The notes: a model not told the origin generated them from the sequence alone. Shown: positions 48,903 through 59,180, numbered from the stretch's first letter. The stretch: 64,000 nt of DNA from Longimicrobiales bacterium (GCA_965202805.1 OZ241869.1:3808001-3872000); one strand, 5' to 3'. Numbers and translations are program-made.

Positions 48903-51275
48903 ATGGAACACGCCTTCGAAGTTCTCGGGCTGCCCGAGGTGCTTGCACGCGTCGCGGCCTCGGCCTCCAGCGATGCCGGTCGCGATGCCGTGCTCGCGCT
49001 CAGGCCGGCCACCCGCCCGGACATCATCCAGCGCGAACTCGACCGGGTTCGTGAGACCGCCCGGCTCGCCGGCGCGGCCCGATCCCTGTCGGAGATTCCG
49101 GATGCACGCGCGGCCCTGCGCCGACTGCGCGCGGCGGGAGGCGTGCTCTCGCCCTCCGAACTCCATTCGATGGGCATTCTGCTGCGGTCCGCCCGCGAAC
49201 TGGCGCGCGATCTCTCGGCAACGGATGCGCCGCTTCCCCTGCTGGCGCCGCTGCGCGACCGCCTCCTGGTCCACCGCGCCCTGGAGGAGCGCATCCTGCG
49301 CACCGTCGACCGGACCGGCGTGGTGCTCGACACGGCGAGCCCGGAGCTTGCCCGCCTGCGCACCAGGCTGAAGCGGGGTCGCGGCGCCATCGTCGGGCGG
49401 CTCGAATCCTACGTGCGCACGCTCCCGGCGGCGTGGGTCCTCCCCGATGCCTCCGTGACGGTGCGCGAGGGGCGATACGTGATCCCCGTCCGGCGGGCGG
49501 GACGGAGCGATGTCGGCGGAGTGGTCCACGGCACATCGGCCAGCGGCGCCACGCTCTTTGTCGAGCCGCCCCTGGCGATCGAGCTGATGAACCGGGTTCG
49601 TGAGCTGGAATCGGCGGAGGTGCGCGAAATCGACCGGGTGCTGGCGGAGCGCACGCGTGCGCTCGCTCCGCTCCGCGACGGCCTGGCCGGCAGCCAGGCG
49701 GCGCTGATCGACTTCGATTCGCTCGACGCCCGTGCGCGCACGGCTCTCCGGTGGAACGGGAACGTCCCGGTTCTGCTCCCCCGGGGCGAACAAGCGTTGT
49801 GCATCATCAACGGACGACATCCGCTCCTGGCGTTGCGGGAGGACGTGGAGGCCGTACCCTTCGATCTTCTGCTGGAGCCGGAGGAACGGGTTCTGGTGGT
49901 GTCGGGTCCCAACACGGGTGGCAAGAGCGTCTTTCTCAAGTCCGTGGGGCTGATCTGCGTGCTCGCGCAGTGCGGCGTCGTCCCGCCCGTGGGTCCCGGT
50001 ACCCGGATCCCCGTCTTTCGCCGCTTCTTCGCCGACATCGGGGACGAGCAATCGATCGAGGACGACCTCTCCACGTTCGCCGCCCATCTCGCCAACCTGA
50101 AGGACATCCTCGAGCGCGCCGGTGAGACCGCGCTGGTGCTCATCGACGAGATGGGGACCGGTACCGACCCGGATGAGGGAGCAGCCCTGTCGGCTGCCGT
50201 CCTGGAAGCGCTGGCGGAGCGGGGGGCGAGGGTTGTGGTGACCTCGCATCTCGGACAGCTCAAGAGGCTGGATGCGCCCGGAAACGGCATCGTCAACGGC
50301 TCCCTGCACTTCGATCCGGAGCGTACCCGGCCCACCTATCGCTTTCGCAAGGGGAGGCCCGGACGCAGCTACGGACTCGCCATCGCACGTTCCCTCGGGT
50401 TTGCCCGATCCCTCATCGATGGAGCCGAAGCACGGCTCTCGCGGGATGAGGTTCGGATGGATGAGCTGCTGGGGCGCCTCGAGCGCCTGGAGGCGGATAC
50501 CGCAAGGGCCGGCGCCTCCCTCGCCGCCAGGGAAGCGGAGGTGGAAGGGCGCGCCAGGGAGAACGCCGCGCGCGGCGCCGCGCTCGAAGCCCGCGAGCGC
50601 AGGATGGCCGGCGAAGAGCGCGACGCCCGGCGCCGCGCCCGCGCCGAGGCGCGCCGGATCCTGCTCGAAGCCCGCCGCGAAGTAGAGAGCGCCATCGCCG
50701 AGGTGCGCACCGGAAGGGCCGGCGAGGAGGAGAAGGTCGCGCGCGGCGCACGCAGGAGGGTCGAGGCCGCTGCCGAACGCCACCGAAGTCGTTCCCCCGA
50801 CGCCGCCCGCCCCACCCCGGCCCCGGCCATCCCCCTCCGCCCCGGCGACCCGGTGCGCCTCCCGAACGGGGGCGCGACCGCCACGGTGGTGGAGATCCGC
50901 CCCGGGCGGGCGCTCGTGGAGGCCCGGGGCGGCGTCAGGCTGGAGGTGCCGCTCCACGGTCTCCTGCCCGCCCCGGCCCCGGCCCTCCGGGAGGCGCGGC
51001 CGGCGGGCCGGTCGGCCTTTCCCTCCGACCCGCCCCCCCTCGAATCGGACCTGCGCGGGATGCGCGTCGATGAGGCGGCGGCCCGCCTGCAGCACATCCT
51101 CGACCGGGCGGTGGTGGCGGACGTTCCCGAGCTGCGCCTCATCCACGGGAAGGGCACCGGCGCCCTGCGTGCCCTGGTCGCCGAGCTGCTGGAGGAAGAT
51201 CCACGGGTGCGGGAGTACCGTTCCGGCGGTGTGGGCGAGGGGGGCACAGGCGTAACCGTGGTGACCCTCGCGTGA
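48903..51275 (+). CDS. mutS2: Endonuclease MutS2 with Smr domain (start uncertain; GTG 48882 is also in frame)
   Basis: SGATLFVEP, GPNTGGKS, DIGDEQSI..LSTF, DEMGTGTDP, Smr DLRGMR..IHGKGTG. Confidence 0.96.
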   Translation: MEHAFEVLGLPEVLARVAASASSDAGRDAVLALRPATRPDIIQRELDRVRETARLAGAARSLSEIPDARAALRRLRAAGGVLSPSELHSMGILLRSARELARDLSATDAPLPLLAPLRDRLLVHRALEERILRTVDRTGVVLDTASPELARLRTRLKRGRGAIVGRLESYVRTLPAAWVLPDASVTVREGRYVIPVRRAGRSDVGGVVHGTSASGATLFVEPPLAIELMNRVRELESAEVREIDRVLAERTRALAPLRDGLAGSQAALIDFDSLDARARTALRWNGNVPVLLPRGEQALCIINGRHPLLALREDVEAVPFDLLLEPEERVLVVSGPNTGGKSVFLKSVGLICVLAQCGVVPPVGPGTRIPVFRRFFADIGDEQSIEDDLSTFAAHLANLKDILERAGETALVLIDEMGTGTDPDEGAALSAAVLEALAERGARVVVTSHLGQLKRLDAPGNGIVNGSLHFDPERTRPTYRFRKGRPGRSYGLAIARSLGFARSLIDGAEARLSRDEVRMDELLGRLERLEADTARAGASLAAREAEVEGRARENAARGAALEARERRMAGEERDARRRARAEARRILLEARREVESAIAEVRTGRAGEEEKVARGARRRVEAAAERHRSRSPDAARPTPAPAIPLRPGDPVRLPNGGATATVVEIRPGRALVEARGGVRLEVPLHGLLPAPAPALREARPAGRSAFPSDPPPLESDLRGMRVDEAAARLQHILDRAVVADVPELRLIHGKGTGALRALVAELLEEDPRVREYRSGGVGEGGTGVTVVTLA

Positions 51276-53095
51276 TCCCCGACGACCAGGTCGAGGAGGT
51301 GCGGGCCCGCTCCGACATCGTCGCGGTGATCGGCGAACACGTCGCGCTCAAGAGGACCGGCAAGGACTATCGCGCGCTCTGTCCCTTCCACGAGGAGAAG
51401 ACGCCGAGTTTCTACGTGGTGCCCACCAAGGGCTTCTACAAGTGTTTCGGCTGCGGGGAATCCGGCGACGTCTTTTCGTTCATCATGAAGCACATGGGGC
51501 TCGACTTCACGGAGGCGGTAAAGTACGCGGGCCGCAAGGCGGGAGTCGAGGTGCGCGAAGTGAAGGCGCGCCCGGAATACCAGGATCCCAACCGCCCGCT
51601 GTACGAGGCCAACGCCTTCGCGCGCGAATACTACCGGGAGCAGCTGGCCGACGAGCAAGCCGGCCGTCTCGCCAGGGATTACCTGCAAAGGCGGGGCATC
51701 GACGCGGAAACCGCGGAGCGCTTCGGCATCGGCTTCGCACCGGACGAATGGCGCGGCCTGCGCACCGCCGCCGCGCGCCACGGCATCGACGACGCCATCC
51801 TGCTGGACGCCGGCCTGATCACCACCAGCGAGCGCTCCGAGGAGCCCTACGATCGCTTCCGGAGCCGCATCATCTTCCCCATCGAGGGTCTGACCGGGAA
51901 GGTCATCGCCTTCGGGGGCAGGCTGTTCGGGCAGGGGAAGGGTGCCAAGTACCTCAATTCTCCGGAGACCCCGGTCTATCACAAGGGCGAGGAGCTCTAC
52001 GGGCTCAATCGGGCGCGGCACGAAGTCCGGAAGGAGGGGGCGGTGCTGCTGGTGGAGGGCTACACCGATGTCGTTTCCCTGGTGGCGCATGAGATCCCCC
52101 ACGTCGTCGCCTCCCTGGGAACCGCCCTGACCTCGGTGCAAGCCCGCCTGCTCGCCCGCTTCGCGTCCAGGGCGTTCCTCCTCTACGACAGCGACATGGC
52201 CGGGCTGAGGGCCACCTTCCGCGCCGCCGACGTCCTGCTGGGCGCGGGGATCCACCCCTCCGTGGTGACCCTGCCCAGGGGCGAGGACCCGGATTCGGTG
52301 GCGCGCGGCGAGGGACGGGAGGCTCTGCTGGGGTACGTGTCGGATGCGGTTGATGTGCTCGACCGGAAACTGCAGATGCTGTCCAGGCGCGACCGCCTGT
52401 CCTCGATCGACGGCATCCGGGACGCTGTGGACCGTCTGCTCCCGACCCTGCGGGCGACCCGGGATCCGGCGCTGCGCGACATCTACATCTCCAGGGTGGC
52501 TGCGGAAACGGGAGTTCGGCGGGAGACGCTGGAGGAGGAGATCGCGCGGGCGCCGGCCACTCCGGCCGCGGGCGCCGGGCCGGCCGCGACTCCGCAGCCC
52601 CGGGTTCGGCGGGTGCGGACGCCGCTCATGGGCGCCGAGCGCCAGCTCCTCCAGGTGCTCCTCAACGACCGCCGGCTCATCGACCGCGCGAGCGAGGCCG
52701 TGGGCCCGGAGGACTTTGTCCACCCGGCCAACCGCGCCATATTCCGGGCGCTGACCGAGGACCCGGAGTTGGATCGAGCCCCCGAGGGAATGGAGGCGGT
52801 TGCTGCCGGTCGCCTTGCGGGCCTGCTCGCCGGCAGCGAAGAAACAGGTCATGCGGCTCGCGTCCTCGACGACTCGGCGCGCAGGATGCGCAGCGCACCG
52901 CTGGCCGAGCGGGCGCGCGAGTTGAGAGCCATGATCGCCCGGGAGCTGGATCCGGAGCGGAAGCGGGAACTGATCTCCGAACTGGAGGAGCTGCAAAGGA
53001 AGAAGCGCGAAATCGACCCATCCCACTGGACCCCCGCGGTTCGGCATCGCCCGGGTCCCGGCGAGGGAGCCGAATCTACCGAGGAGAGACCATAG
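51272..53095 (+). CDS. dnaG: DNA primase
   Basis: CPFH.EKTPSF..CFGC, KYLNSPET, TOPRIM EGYTDV, YDSD.AG, DPD. Confidence 0.98.
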   Translation: MIPDDQVEEVRARSDIVAVIGEHVALKRTGKDYRALCPFHEEKTPSFYVVPTKGFYKCFGCGESGDVFSFIMKHMGLDFTEAVKYAGRKAGVEVREVKARPEYQDPNRPLYEANAFAREYYREQLADEQAGRLARDYLQRRGIDAETAERFGIGFAPDEWRGLRTAAARHGIDDAILLDAGLITTSERSEEPYDRFRSRIIFPIEGLTGKVIAFGGRLFGQGKGAKYLNSPETPVYHKGEELYGLNRARHEVRKEGAVLLVEGYTDVVSLVAHEIPHVVASLGTALTSVQARLLARFASRAFLLYDSDMAGLRATFRAADVLLGAGIHPSVVTLPRGEDPDSVARGEGREALLGYVSDAVDVLDRKLQMLSRRDRLSSIDGIRDAVDRLLPTLRATRDPALRDIYISRVAAETGVRRETLEEEIARAPATPAAGAGPAATPQPRVRRVRTPLMGAERQLLQVLLNDRRLIDRASEAVGPEDFVHPANRAIFRALTEDPELDRAPEGMEAVAAGRLAGLLAGSEETGHAARVLDDSARRMRSAPLAERARELRAMIARELDPERKRELISELEELQRKKREIDPSHWTPAVRHRPGPGEGAESTEERP

Positions 53096-53097
53096 CC

Positions 53098-53808
53098 GTG
53101 CCGACCTATGCATCGTTGCAGGAGCTACAGAAGATCGACGCTGAAATCGACCGCGCTACCTCCGGTATCGAGGGGTTCGCCCCGCTGTTGGAGGAACTGG
53201 AATCGCGGGGGCGCGAGCTGGAGGCCAGGATCGAGAGGGCCCGAACCCGGCTCAGGGAGTTGAGCGTCGCGGAGCGCAGGCTCGAACGGACGGCCGAGGA
53301 CAAGCGGAATCGGTTGAGGATGCTGCGCGACCGGCTGCTGAAGGTGCACAACCTCCAGCAGGAAGCCGCGGTGCGCACCGAGATCGATATGCTGCGCCGC
53401 TCCGTCGACGGAGACGAGCTGGAAGCCCTGACCTATCTGGACCAGATCCGCAAGCTGGAAGAGGAGGCGGAGAGACTGGAGCTGGAACTGGCGGACGAAC
53501 GGGAACGGGCCGGACCCCGCAGGCGGGAGATCGAGCAGGAGCGGGAAGACGCGGAGGGCTCGCTCGCTTCGCTGCAGATCCGCCGGGAAGCCTGCGCCGC
53601 CGGCCTCGACCGCCACGAGCGGGCGGTGTACGAGGGCCTGAGGTCCAGCCAGAAGGGACCCATCGTCGTGCCCATAACGGCGGATGGGGCGTGCGGGCGC
53701 TGTTTTTCAATGGTCCCGCTGCAGATTCAGGCGGAAGTCAGGGCCGGGGGCAGGCTGCGCCGGTGCGAGGCCTGTGGCATCATCTTCGCCCCCCGCGACG
53801 GCGAATAG
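53098..53808 (+). CDS. Coiled-coil protein with C4 zinc ribbon (DUF164; CT398/HP0958-like)
   Basis: LQ.ID, long coiled coil, CGRC...CEAC. Confidence 0.88.
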   Translation: MPTYASLQELQKIDAEIDRATSGIEGFAPLLEELESRGRELEARIERARTRLRELSVAERRLERTAEDKRNRLRMLRDRLLKVHNLQQEAAVRTEIDMLRRSVDGDELEALTYLDQIRKLEEEAERLELELADERERAGPRRREIEQEREDAEGSLASLQIRREACAAGLDRHERAVYEGLRSSQKGPIVVPITADGACGRCFSMVPLQIQAEVRAGGRLRRCEACGIIFAPRDGE

Positions 53809-53855
53809 CAGCCCGTGGACGAACTCCTCCCGGCAATCGAACGGCGAATGCCAGC

Positions 53856-55640
53856 GTGAACGCACCGGAGCCCGGGGTGCTTCCGCCGGCTCCCGCGCCC
53901 CGCTGGAGCGTCGCCCCCACGCCTTCCGCGCGCCAGGTCGCAGCCCTGCGCAAGCAGCTCCACCTCCCCCGGGCGATGTGCGTTGTGCTTGCGGTACGCG
54001 GATTCGGCCAGCCCGCCGCAGCCCGCTCCTTCCTTCGCCCGGCGCTGGAAGGACTGCCCGATCCGGCGCTGCTCGCCGATGCCGCGCCGGCGTGCCAGCG
54101 CATGCTGCGGGCGGTCGCACGGGGTGAAACCATCCTGGTGCACGGCGACTACGACGTCGACGGCATCGCGGCGGCGGCGTTGCTGACGCGCTGTCTGCGC
54201 GCGCTCGGGGGAAAGGTGGTCCCCTTCGTGCCCCATCGCCTGCGCGACGGCTACGACTTCGGCCTCGCGGGGCTCGAGGCCGCGCGCGCCGCCGGAGCGA
54301 CCCTGCTGGTGACCGCGGATTCGGGGACGCGCGCCCACGGCGCGGTGGAAGAGGCCCGGCGGGCCTCCGTGGACGTCATCGTCACCGACCACCACACCCC
54401 CGACCAGACCCTTCCGCGCGCGTTCGCGCTGGTGAACCCGCGCAGGGAGGACTGCGGCTACCCGAACCAGGACCTCTCGGGGACCGGCGTGGTGTTCGAA
54501 CTCGCACGCCTGCTGGGCCGCATGACGGGATCGCCGGCCATCGGGCCGCTCCCGCACGTGGAGCTGGTCGCGCTCGCCACCATCGCCGATCTGGTGACCC
54601 TCTCGCACCACAACCGCGTGCTGGTGCGTCGCGGTCTGGACGCCCTCCCCGAAACGGACAACGCCGGGCTGCGCGCCCTCATGCAGGTCGCGCGGGTTCG
54701 GGGCCCGGTCACCCCCGGCCACATCGGCTTCACCCTGGCGCCCCGCATCAACGCGGCGGGACGGGTGGGGGAGGCGCGCCTCGCACTCGACCTGCTGCTC
54801 ACGGACGACCGGAGCGAGGCCGCCCGCCTCGCGGGCGCGCTGGAGTCGTACAACGCCGAGCGCAAGACGACGGAGGCGCGCGTCCTCGAGGAGGCGCTGG
54901 CCCGGCTGGCCCCATCCTACGACCCCGGGCGCGACTACGGACTGGTGCTGGCGTCGCGCGACTGGCACCCGGGGGTGATCGGCATCGTGGCCTCCCGGCT
55001 GGTGGACCGGCTGCACCGGCCGACCATCCTGGTCTCGGTGGACGGCGACACCGCCCGCGGGAGCGCCCGCTCCATTCCCGGCTTCGACATCCTGGCCGCC
55101 ATCACCCGGGGTCGCCGTCATCTCGACCGTTTCGGCGGACACCGGCAGGCGGCGGGGATGAGCCTGGCGCCGGAGCGCCTCGACGCCTTCCGGGCGTCGT
55201 TCAACGAAGCCGCCGAGCAGGAGCTGGCGGATCGCGATCTGCGCCCGCGCCTCGTCGCCGACGCCGAACTCCGCCTGGAGGAGGTGACGGAGCCGCTTGT
55301 GCGTTACCTGCGGCACATGGGGCCGCACGGCATCGGCAACCCGCGCCCCCTCTTCCTGGCGCGCGGGGTCACGGTGGACGGGCCGGTGAAGGTGCTGAAG
55401 GGCGCCCACCTCAAGATGCGCCTGCGCGACCGCACGGCGGCGCTGAATGCGATCGGTTTCGGGTTGGCGGGTCGGGTCGATCCCGCGAAGCTGGTCCCCG
55501 GACCGGTCGACGCGGTGTTCCGGCTCAAACTGGACAACTACCGCGGGGTCCCGCTCATCCAGGGGGAACTCGCGGGCATCGGCCCGACCCGTTGCGGTCC
55601 CGCGAACCCGGCGCGCGCGCGGGTCGAGTCCCCGCCGTGA
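53856..55640 (+). CDS. recJ: ssDNA exonuclease RecJ
   Basis: GDYDVDG, TDHH, PRINAAGR, GVIGIVASR, GSARS, GGH..AAG. Confidence 0.97.
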   Translation: MNAPEPGVLPPAPAPRWSVAPTPSARQVAALRKQLHLPRAMCVVLAVRGFGQPAAARSFLRPALEGLPDPALLADAAPACQRMLRAVARGETILVHGDYDVDGIAAAALLTRCLRALGGKVVPFVPHRLRDGYDFGLAGLEAARAAGATLLVTADSGTRAHGAVEEARRASVDVIVTDHHTPDQTLPRAFALVNPRREDCGYPNQDLSGTGVVFELARLLGRMTGSPAIGPLPHVELVALATIADLVTLSHHNRVLVRRGLDALPETDNAGLRALMQVARVRGPVTPGHIGFTLAPRINAAGRVGEARLALDLLLTDDRSEAARLAGALESYNAERKTTEARVLEEALARLAPSYDPGRDYGLVLASRDWHPGVIGIVASRLVDRLHRPTILVSVDGDTARGSARSIPGFDILAAITRGRRHLDRFGGHRQAAGMSLAPERLDAFRASFNEAAEQELADRDLRPRLVADAELRLEEVTEPLVRYLRHMGPHGIGNPRPLFLARGVTVDGPVKVLKGAHLKMRLRDRTAALNAIGFGLAGRVDPAKLVPGPVDAVFRLKLDNYRGVPLIQGELAGIGPTRCGPANPARARVESPP

Positions 55641-56170
55641 GAATCATCGCCGGACGCTGGCGCGGGCACCGGCTGAAGCCGCTCCGCGCCCGGGGCGTGC
55701 GCCCGACCTCCGACCGGGTACGCGAGGCGTGGATGGCCGCGCTCGGCACCGATGTGGAAGGGGCCGCGGTCGTCGATCTGTTCGCGGGCTCGGGCGCGCT
55801 CGGACTGGAGGCGCTGAGCCGGGGCGCCGGCCACGTCACCTTCGTGGACCTCTCGCGGGGCGCGCTCAGGGTCCTTCGGGCCAACATCGAGCTGCTCGGG
55901 GCGGACGACGTCACCCGCGTGGTGCGGGCCGACGCTCTGGCGTATGCGAAGCGCATGCAGCGCGACGAGATCGACCTGGCGCTGGCCGATCCCCCCTACG
56001 GACGCCGTCTGGCGGGGCGGCTTCTCGACCTCTACGGCGAGCGTCCGTTTGCGGGCGCCCTGTGGGTGGAGCATCGTTCCCGGGAGGAGTTGCCGGCGTG
56101 CCCGGGGCTTCGGCTGCGGCAACGAGTGTACGGAGACACCACGCTGACCATTGCGGAGGCGGACGCATGA
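55637..56170 (+). CDS. rsmD: 16S rRNA m2G966 methyltransferase
   Basis: RIIAG, RPTSDRVREA, DLFAGSGALGLEALSRGA, DPPY. Confidence 0.95.
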   Translation: MRIIAGRWRGHRLKPLRARGVRPTSDRVREAWMAALGTDVEGAAVVDLFAGSGALGLEALSRGAGHVTFVDLSRGALRVLRANIELLGADDVTRVVRADALAYAKRMQRDEIDLALADPPYGRRLAGRLLDLYGERPFAGALWVEHRSREELPACPGLRLRQRVYGDTTLTIAEADA

Positions 56171-56685
56171 GCGGTGCCAGGGATCTGGTCGCCATCTATC
56201 CGGGGTCCTTCGATCCCGTCACTCTGGGGCACGAGGACATCGTCCGGCGCACGCTGTGCGTGGCCGACCGGGTCGTCGTTGCGGTGGCGCACAGCTCGAC
56301 GCAGTCGAAGCGCCAGTTGTTCGGTGTCGATGAACGGGTGAGCCTCCTGCAGGAGGTGTTTCGGGATGAGGCGCGTGTGGAATGCACCTCTTTCGAGGGC
56401 CTGCTGGTGGACTTCGCCCGCGCCCGCGGGGCACGCTTCATGATTCGCGGCCTCCGGGCGGTGTCGGACTTCGAGTACGAGTTCCAGATGGCCCAGATGA
56501 ATCGGCAGCTTTGGCCGGGCGCCGAGACTCTCTTCCTCATGCCGGACGTGTCCTACGCGTTCCTGTCCTCATCTCTGGTTCGCGAAGTCGCCGTCCTGGG
56601 CGGGAACATCTCCAGGTTCGTCTCGCCCCTCGTGGCCCGCGGGATTCGCCGGAGACTCGAGAACCGGCAGGGGACGGAGGGGTGA
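56167..56685 (+). CDS. coaD: Phosphopantetheine adenylyltransferase
   Basis: YPGSFDPVTLGH, RGLRAVSDFEYE, SSSLVRE. Confidence 0.98.
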   Translation: MSGARDLVAIYPGSFDPVTLGHEDIVRRTLCVADRVVVAVAHSSTQSKRQLFGVDERVSLLQEVFRDEARVECTSFEGLLVDFARARGARFMIRGLRAVSDFEYEFQMAQMNRQLWPGAETLFLMPDVSYAFLSSSLVREVAVLGGNISRFVSPLVARGIRRRLENRQGTEG

Positions 56686-56712
56686 TGGCGCCGGTCTGCC
56701 GCGCGAGGCGGC

Positions 56713-56742
56713 TTGCCTCCCCCCGCGGCCTGCATGTAAACT
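56713..56742 (+). promoter_or_regulatory. Candidate sigma70-type promoter for the STAS operon
   Basis: TTGCCT-N18-TAAACT. Confidence 0.4.
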
Positions 56743-56818
56743 GCCCCGCACTTCGCCCGACCTTCCACACCGTCGGCGGATCCAGCGCGGATTCCATCAG
56801 ATAAACGCGGAGCCCGGG

Positions 56819-57151
56819 ATGCCCTTCATCGTAGAACAATCCGGTGCGATCACCATCATCAGCGTAACCGGCCACCTTATCGTAGCGAACCGCCAGGAAC
56901 TCAAGCACGTCGTGCTCGAGCGGCTGCGGACGGGAGACCGCGAGTTCCTCATCGACTTTGCCGAGACCGGCTATATCGACTCTTCCGGGCTCGGGGTACT
57001 GGTGTCCCTGTCAAAGAAGGTGCGCGAGCAGGGCGGGGAGCTCCGGCTGGCCGCGCTCAACGAAGACCTGCGCACCCTCTTCCAGCTCACCAAGCTCGAC
57101 ACGCTGTTCACCATCGTGGATTCCCGCGAAGAGGGCCTCCGGGACAGCTGA
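56819..57151 (+). CDS. STAS anti-anti-sigma factor (RsbV/SpoIIAA-like)
   Basis: YIDSSGLGVL phospho-Ser motif, F.LT.LD. Confidence 0.93.
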   Translation: MPFIVEQSGAITIISVTGHLIVANRQELKHVVLERLRTGDREFLIDFAETGYIDSSGLGVLVSLSKKVREQGGELRLAALNEDLRTLFQLTKLDTLFTIVDSREEGLRDS

Positions 57152-57189
57152 GTTCCGTCCGAGGGGGGCTCCAAGCCCGGCGGTGGCCC

Positions 57190-57621
57190 ATGGATCCGGA
57201 GCTGATCTTTCACCTCCCGAGCGACGTCCTCCGCATCGAGGACGCCGTCGAGAAGGTGATCGCCCGCTGCCATCGCATCATCGAGCTTGAGCGCAGGGCC
57301 AGCCGTGTCCGCATGAATCTTCGGGTGGCGCTTGCGGAAGCGCTCTCCAATGCGATGCTGTATGGGAACGGCGCCGACCGGTCGAAGCGCGTGCGCGTGG
57401 AACTGGCGATCACGGCCGGGGCCATCATCACCAGGGTGACGGATGAAGGTTCGGGTTTCGACTACGAGGACGTCCCGGACCCGACCACTCCGGAGAGCCT
57501 TCTGAAGCCGGACGGACGCGGGATCTTCCTGATGCGCAAGCTGCTGGACGAGGTCTCCTTCAACGACCGGGGCAACTCCGTCACCCTGCTGCTGAGACGC
57601 GATCCGGTACGACGCGAATGA
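57190..57621 (+). CDS. Anti-sigma factor Ser kinase (RsbW-like)
   Basis: EALSNA..YGN, DEGSGF, GRGIFLM..L.D. Confidence 0.92.
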   Translation: MDPELIFHLPSDVLRIEDAVEKVIARCHRIIELERRASRVRMNLRVALAEALSNAMLYGNGADRSKRVRVELAITAGAIITRVTDEGSGFDYEDVPDPTTPESLLKPDGRGIFLMRKLLDEVSFNDRGNSVTLLLRRDPVRRE

Positions 57622-59180
57622 GCGAGACCGGCGCTCCGCCGCTGCCGCGGCCGGTCCGCAAGCTGCTGGACGAGTTTGCCGGCAGCTTCCCCTGGCGGCT
57701 GGGCGTGCGCGACCTGGTTTCCGGCTGCTCCGTGTATCCGGAGGGAACTGCTTCCGCCAGTCCGGCGATCGAGCGGGAAGGTGCCCTGACGCGCCGACTG
57801 AGCACCCGGGAGGGCCGCAGCCTGGAGCTGGCGGTCCACCCCGCGGATCCGTCCCTGGCGCCGGCCGCCGACCTCCTCTGCTCGCAGCTCGTCCGGGTTC
57901 TCGACGCCGAGCAGGAAATCAGCTTCCTCAGTGGCGAGTTGTCCGCGCGCTACGAGGAAATCAACCTGCTCTACTCGATCAGCGAGATTCTCGGCTCGAT
58001 CCTGGAGCTGGGCGAAGCCGCGCGCATCATCCTCAACGAAGTGTGCGACGTCCTGGGCGCCCGCCGCGGCTCGCTATGGGTCTACGACGTGGGGGACGGA
58101 CTGCTGCACCAGATCGCCGCCGAGGGAATCGCCGGACTGGACGGGCCGCTCGATCCCGCCGGGGACATGCTCACCGCGCGCGTGTTCCGGGAACGGGAGG
58201 CGATCATCAGCACCGGAGGCGATGGCCGGCATCCCGCCACCGCCCCCAACCTGCGTTCCGAATCGGCCCTCCTGGTGCCCATCCAGTACGCGCCGCAGGC
58301 GGGGCAGGCGCGCACGGTCGGCGTCATCAACCTGTTCGGGCGCAGGGGAAGCGGCACTTTCTCGGCCGGGGACCGCAAGCTGCTGACCGCCATCGCCAGC
58401 CAGATCGGCGCGGCGCTCGAAAATCATCGGCTCTTCCGCGAGAGCCGGGCGCGGGACCGGATGGCGCACGAGATGGAGCTGGCCCACAACCTTCAGATGC
58501 GGTTGCTTCAGCCGGTCGATCAGTTGGGGCTGAGCCAGGTGGCGGCGAGGGTTCAGCCGGCGGAGCAGGTAGGGGGCGACTTCTACCACTTCATCAAGCT
58601 CTCCGGGGGCCGGCTCGGCGTCATGATCGGCGACGTTTCGAGTCACGGCTTCCCGGCGGCCCTCATCATGGCGCTGGCCCTCTCGGCCGCGTCCATCTTC
58701 GCGGGCGAAACGGAGAGTCCGGCCGAGGTGCTCCGCCACGTGGACGACGCGCTGCGCGACGAGCTCGAGACCACCGAGATGTACCTCACCCTTTTCTGCG
58801 GCGTGCTGGACCCGGCCGCGGGCGAGCTGGTGTACTCCAATGCGGGCCACCCTCACGCGTTCGTCTTCCGGCCGGGCGACAGGGAGCGGCGGCTGGCGGC
58901 CACCGACCCGCCGGTGGGGATCGCCGGACCCGGCGCGTATTCCGAGGCCAGCGTACCCTGGGCCGCGGGGGAGGATCTGTTGTTTCTGTTTACCGACGGC
59001 CTGTCGGACTCGCTGGCCACCAGCGGTTCGCGCAGCGGGGAGGAGGCCGTGCTGGCGGAGGCGCGAGAGCAGGTCGAACGTGGTCCGGCCGCCATCGTGG
59101 ACTCGCTCTTCCGGCTCGCCGCCGAGCCGACGCGCGCGATCCCCGCCGACGACCGCACCGCCATCGCCCTGAGGCTCTGA
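57618..59180 (+). CDS. GAF plus SpoIIE/PP2C phosphatase (RsbU-like)
   Basis: GAF (LLVPI..VGVINL..F..D), VGGDFY, IGDVSSHG, NAGH, FTDG, DD.T. Confidence 0.92.
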   Translation: MSETGAPPLPRPVRKLLDEFAGSFPWRLGVRDLVSGCSVYPEGTASASPAIEREGALTRRLSTREGRSLELAVHPADPSLAPAADLLCSQLVRVLDAEQEISFLSGELSARYEEINLLYSISEILGSILELGEAARIILNEVCDVLGARRGSLWVYDVGDGLLHQIAAEGIAGLDGPLDPAGDMLTARVFREREAIISTGGDGRHPATAPNLRSESALLVPIQYAPQAGQARTVGVINLFGRRGSGTFSAGDRKLLTAIASQIGAALENHRLFRESRARDRMAHEMELAHNLQMRLLQPVDQLGLSQVAARVQPAEQVGGDFYHFIKLSGGRLGVMIGDVSSHGFPAALIMALALSAASIFAGETESPAEVLRHVDDALRDELETTEMYLTLFCGVLDPAAGELVYSNAGHPHAFVFRPGDRERRLAATDPPVGIAGPGAYSEASVPWAAGEDLLFLFTDGLSDSLATSGSRSGEEAVLAEAREQVERGPAAIVDSLFRLAAEPTRAIPADDRTAIALRL

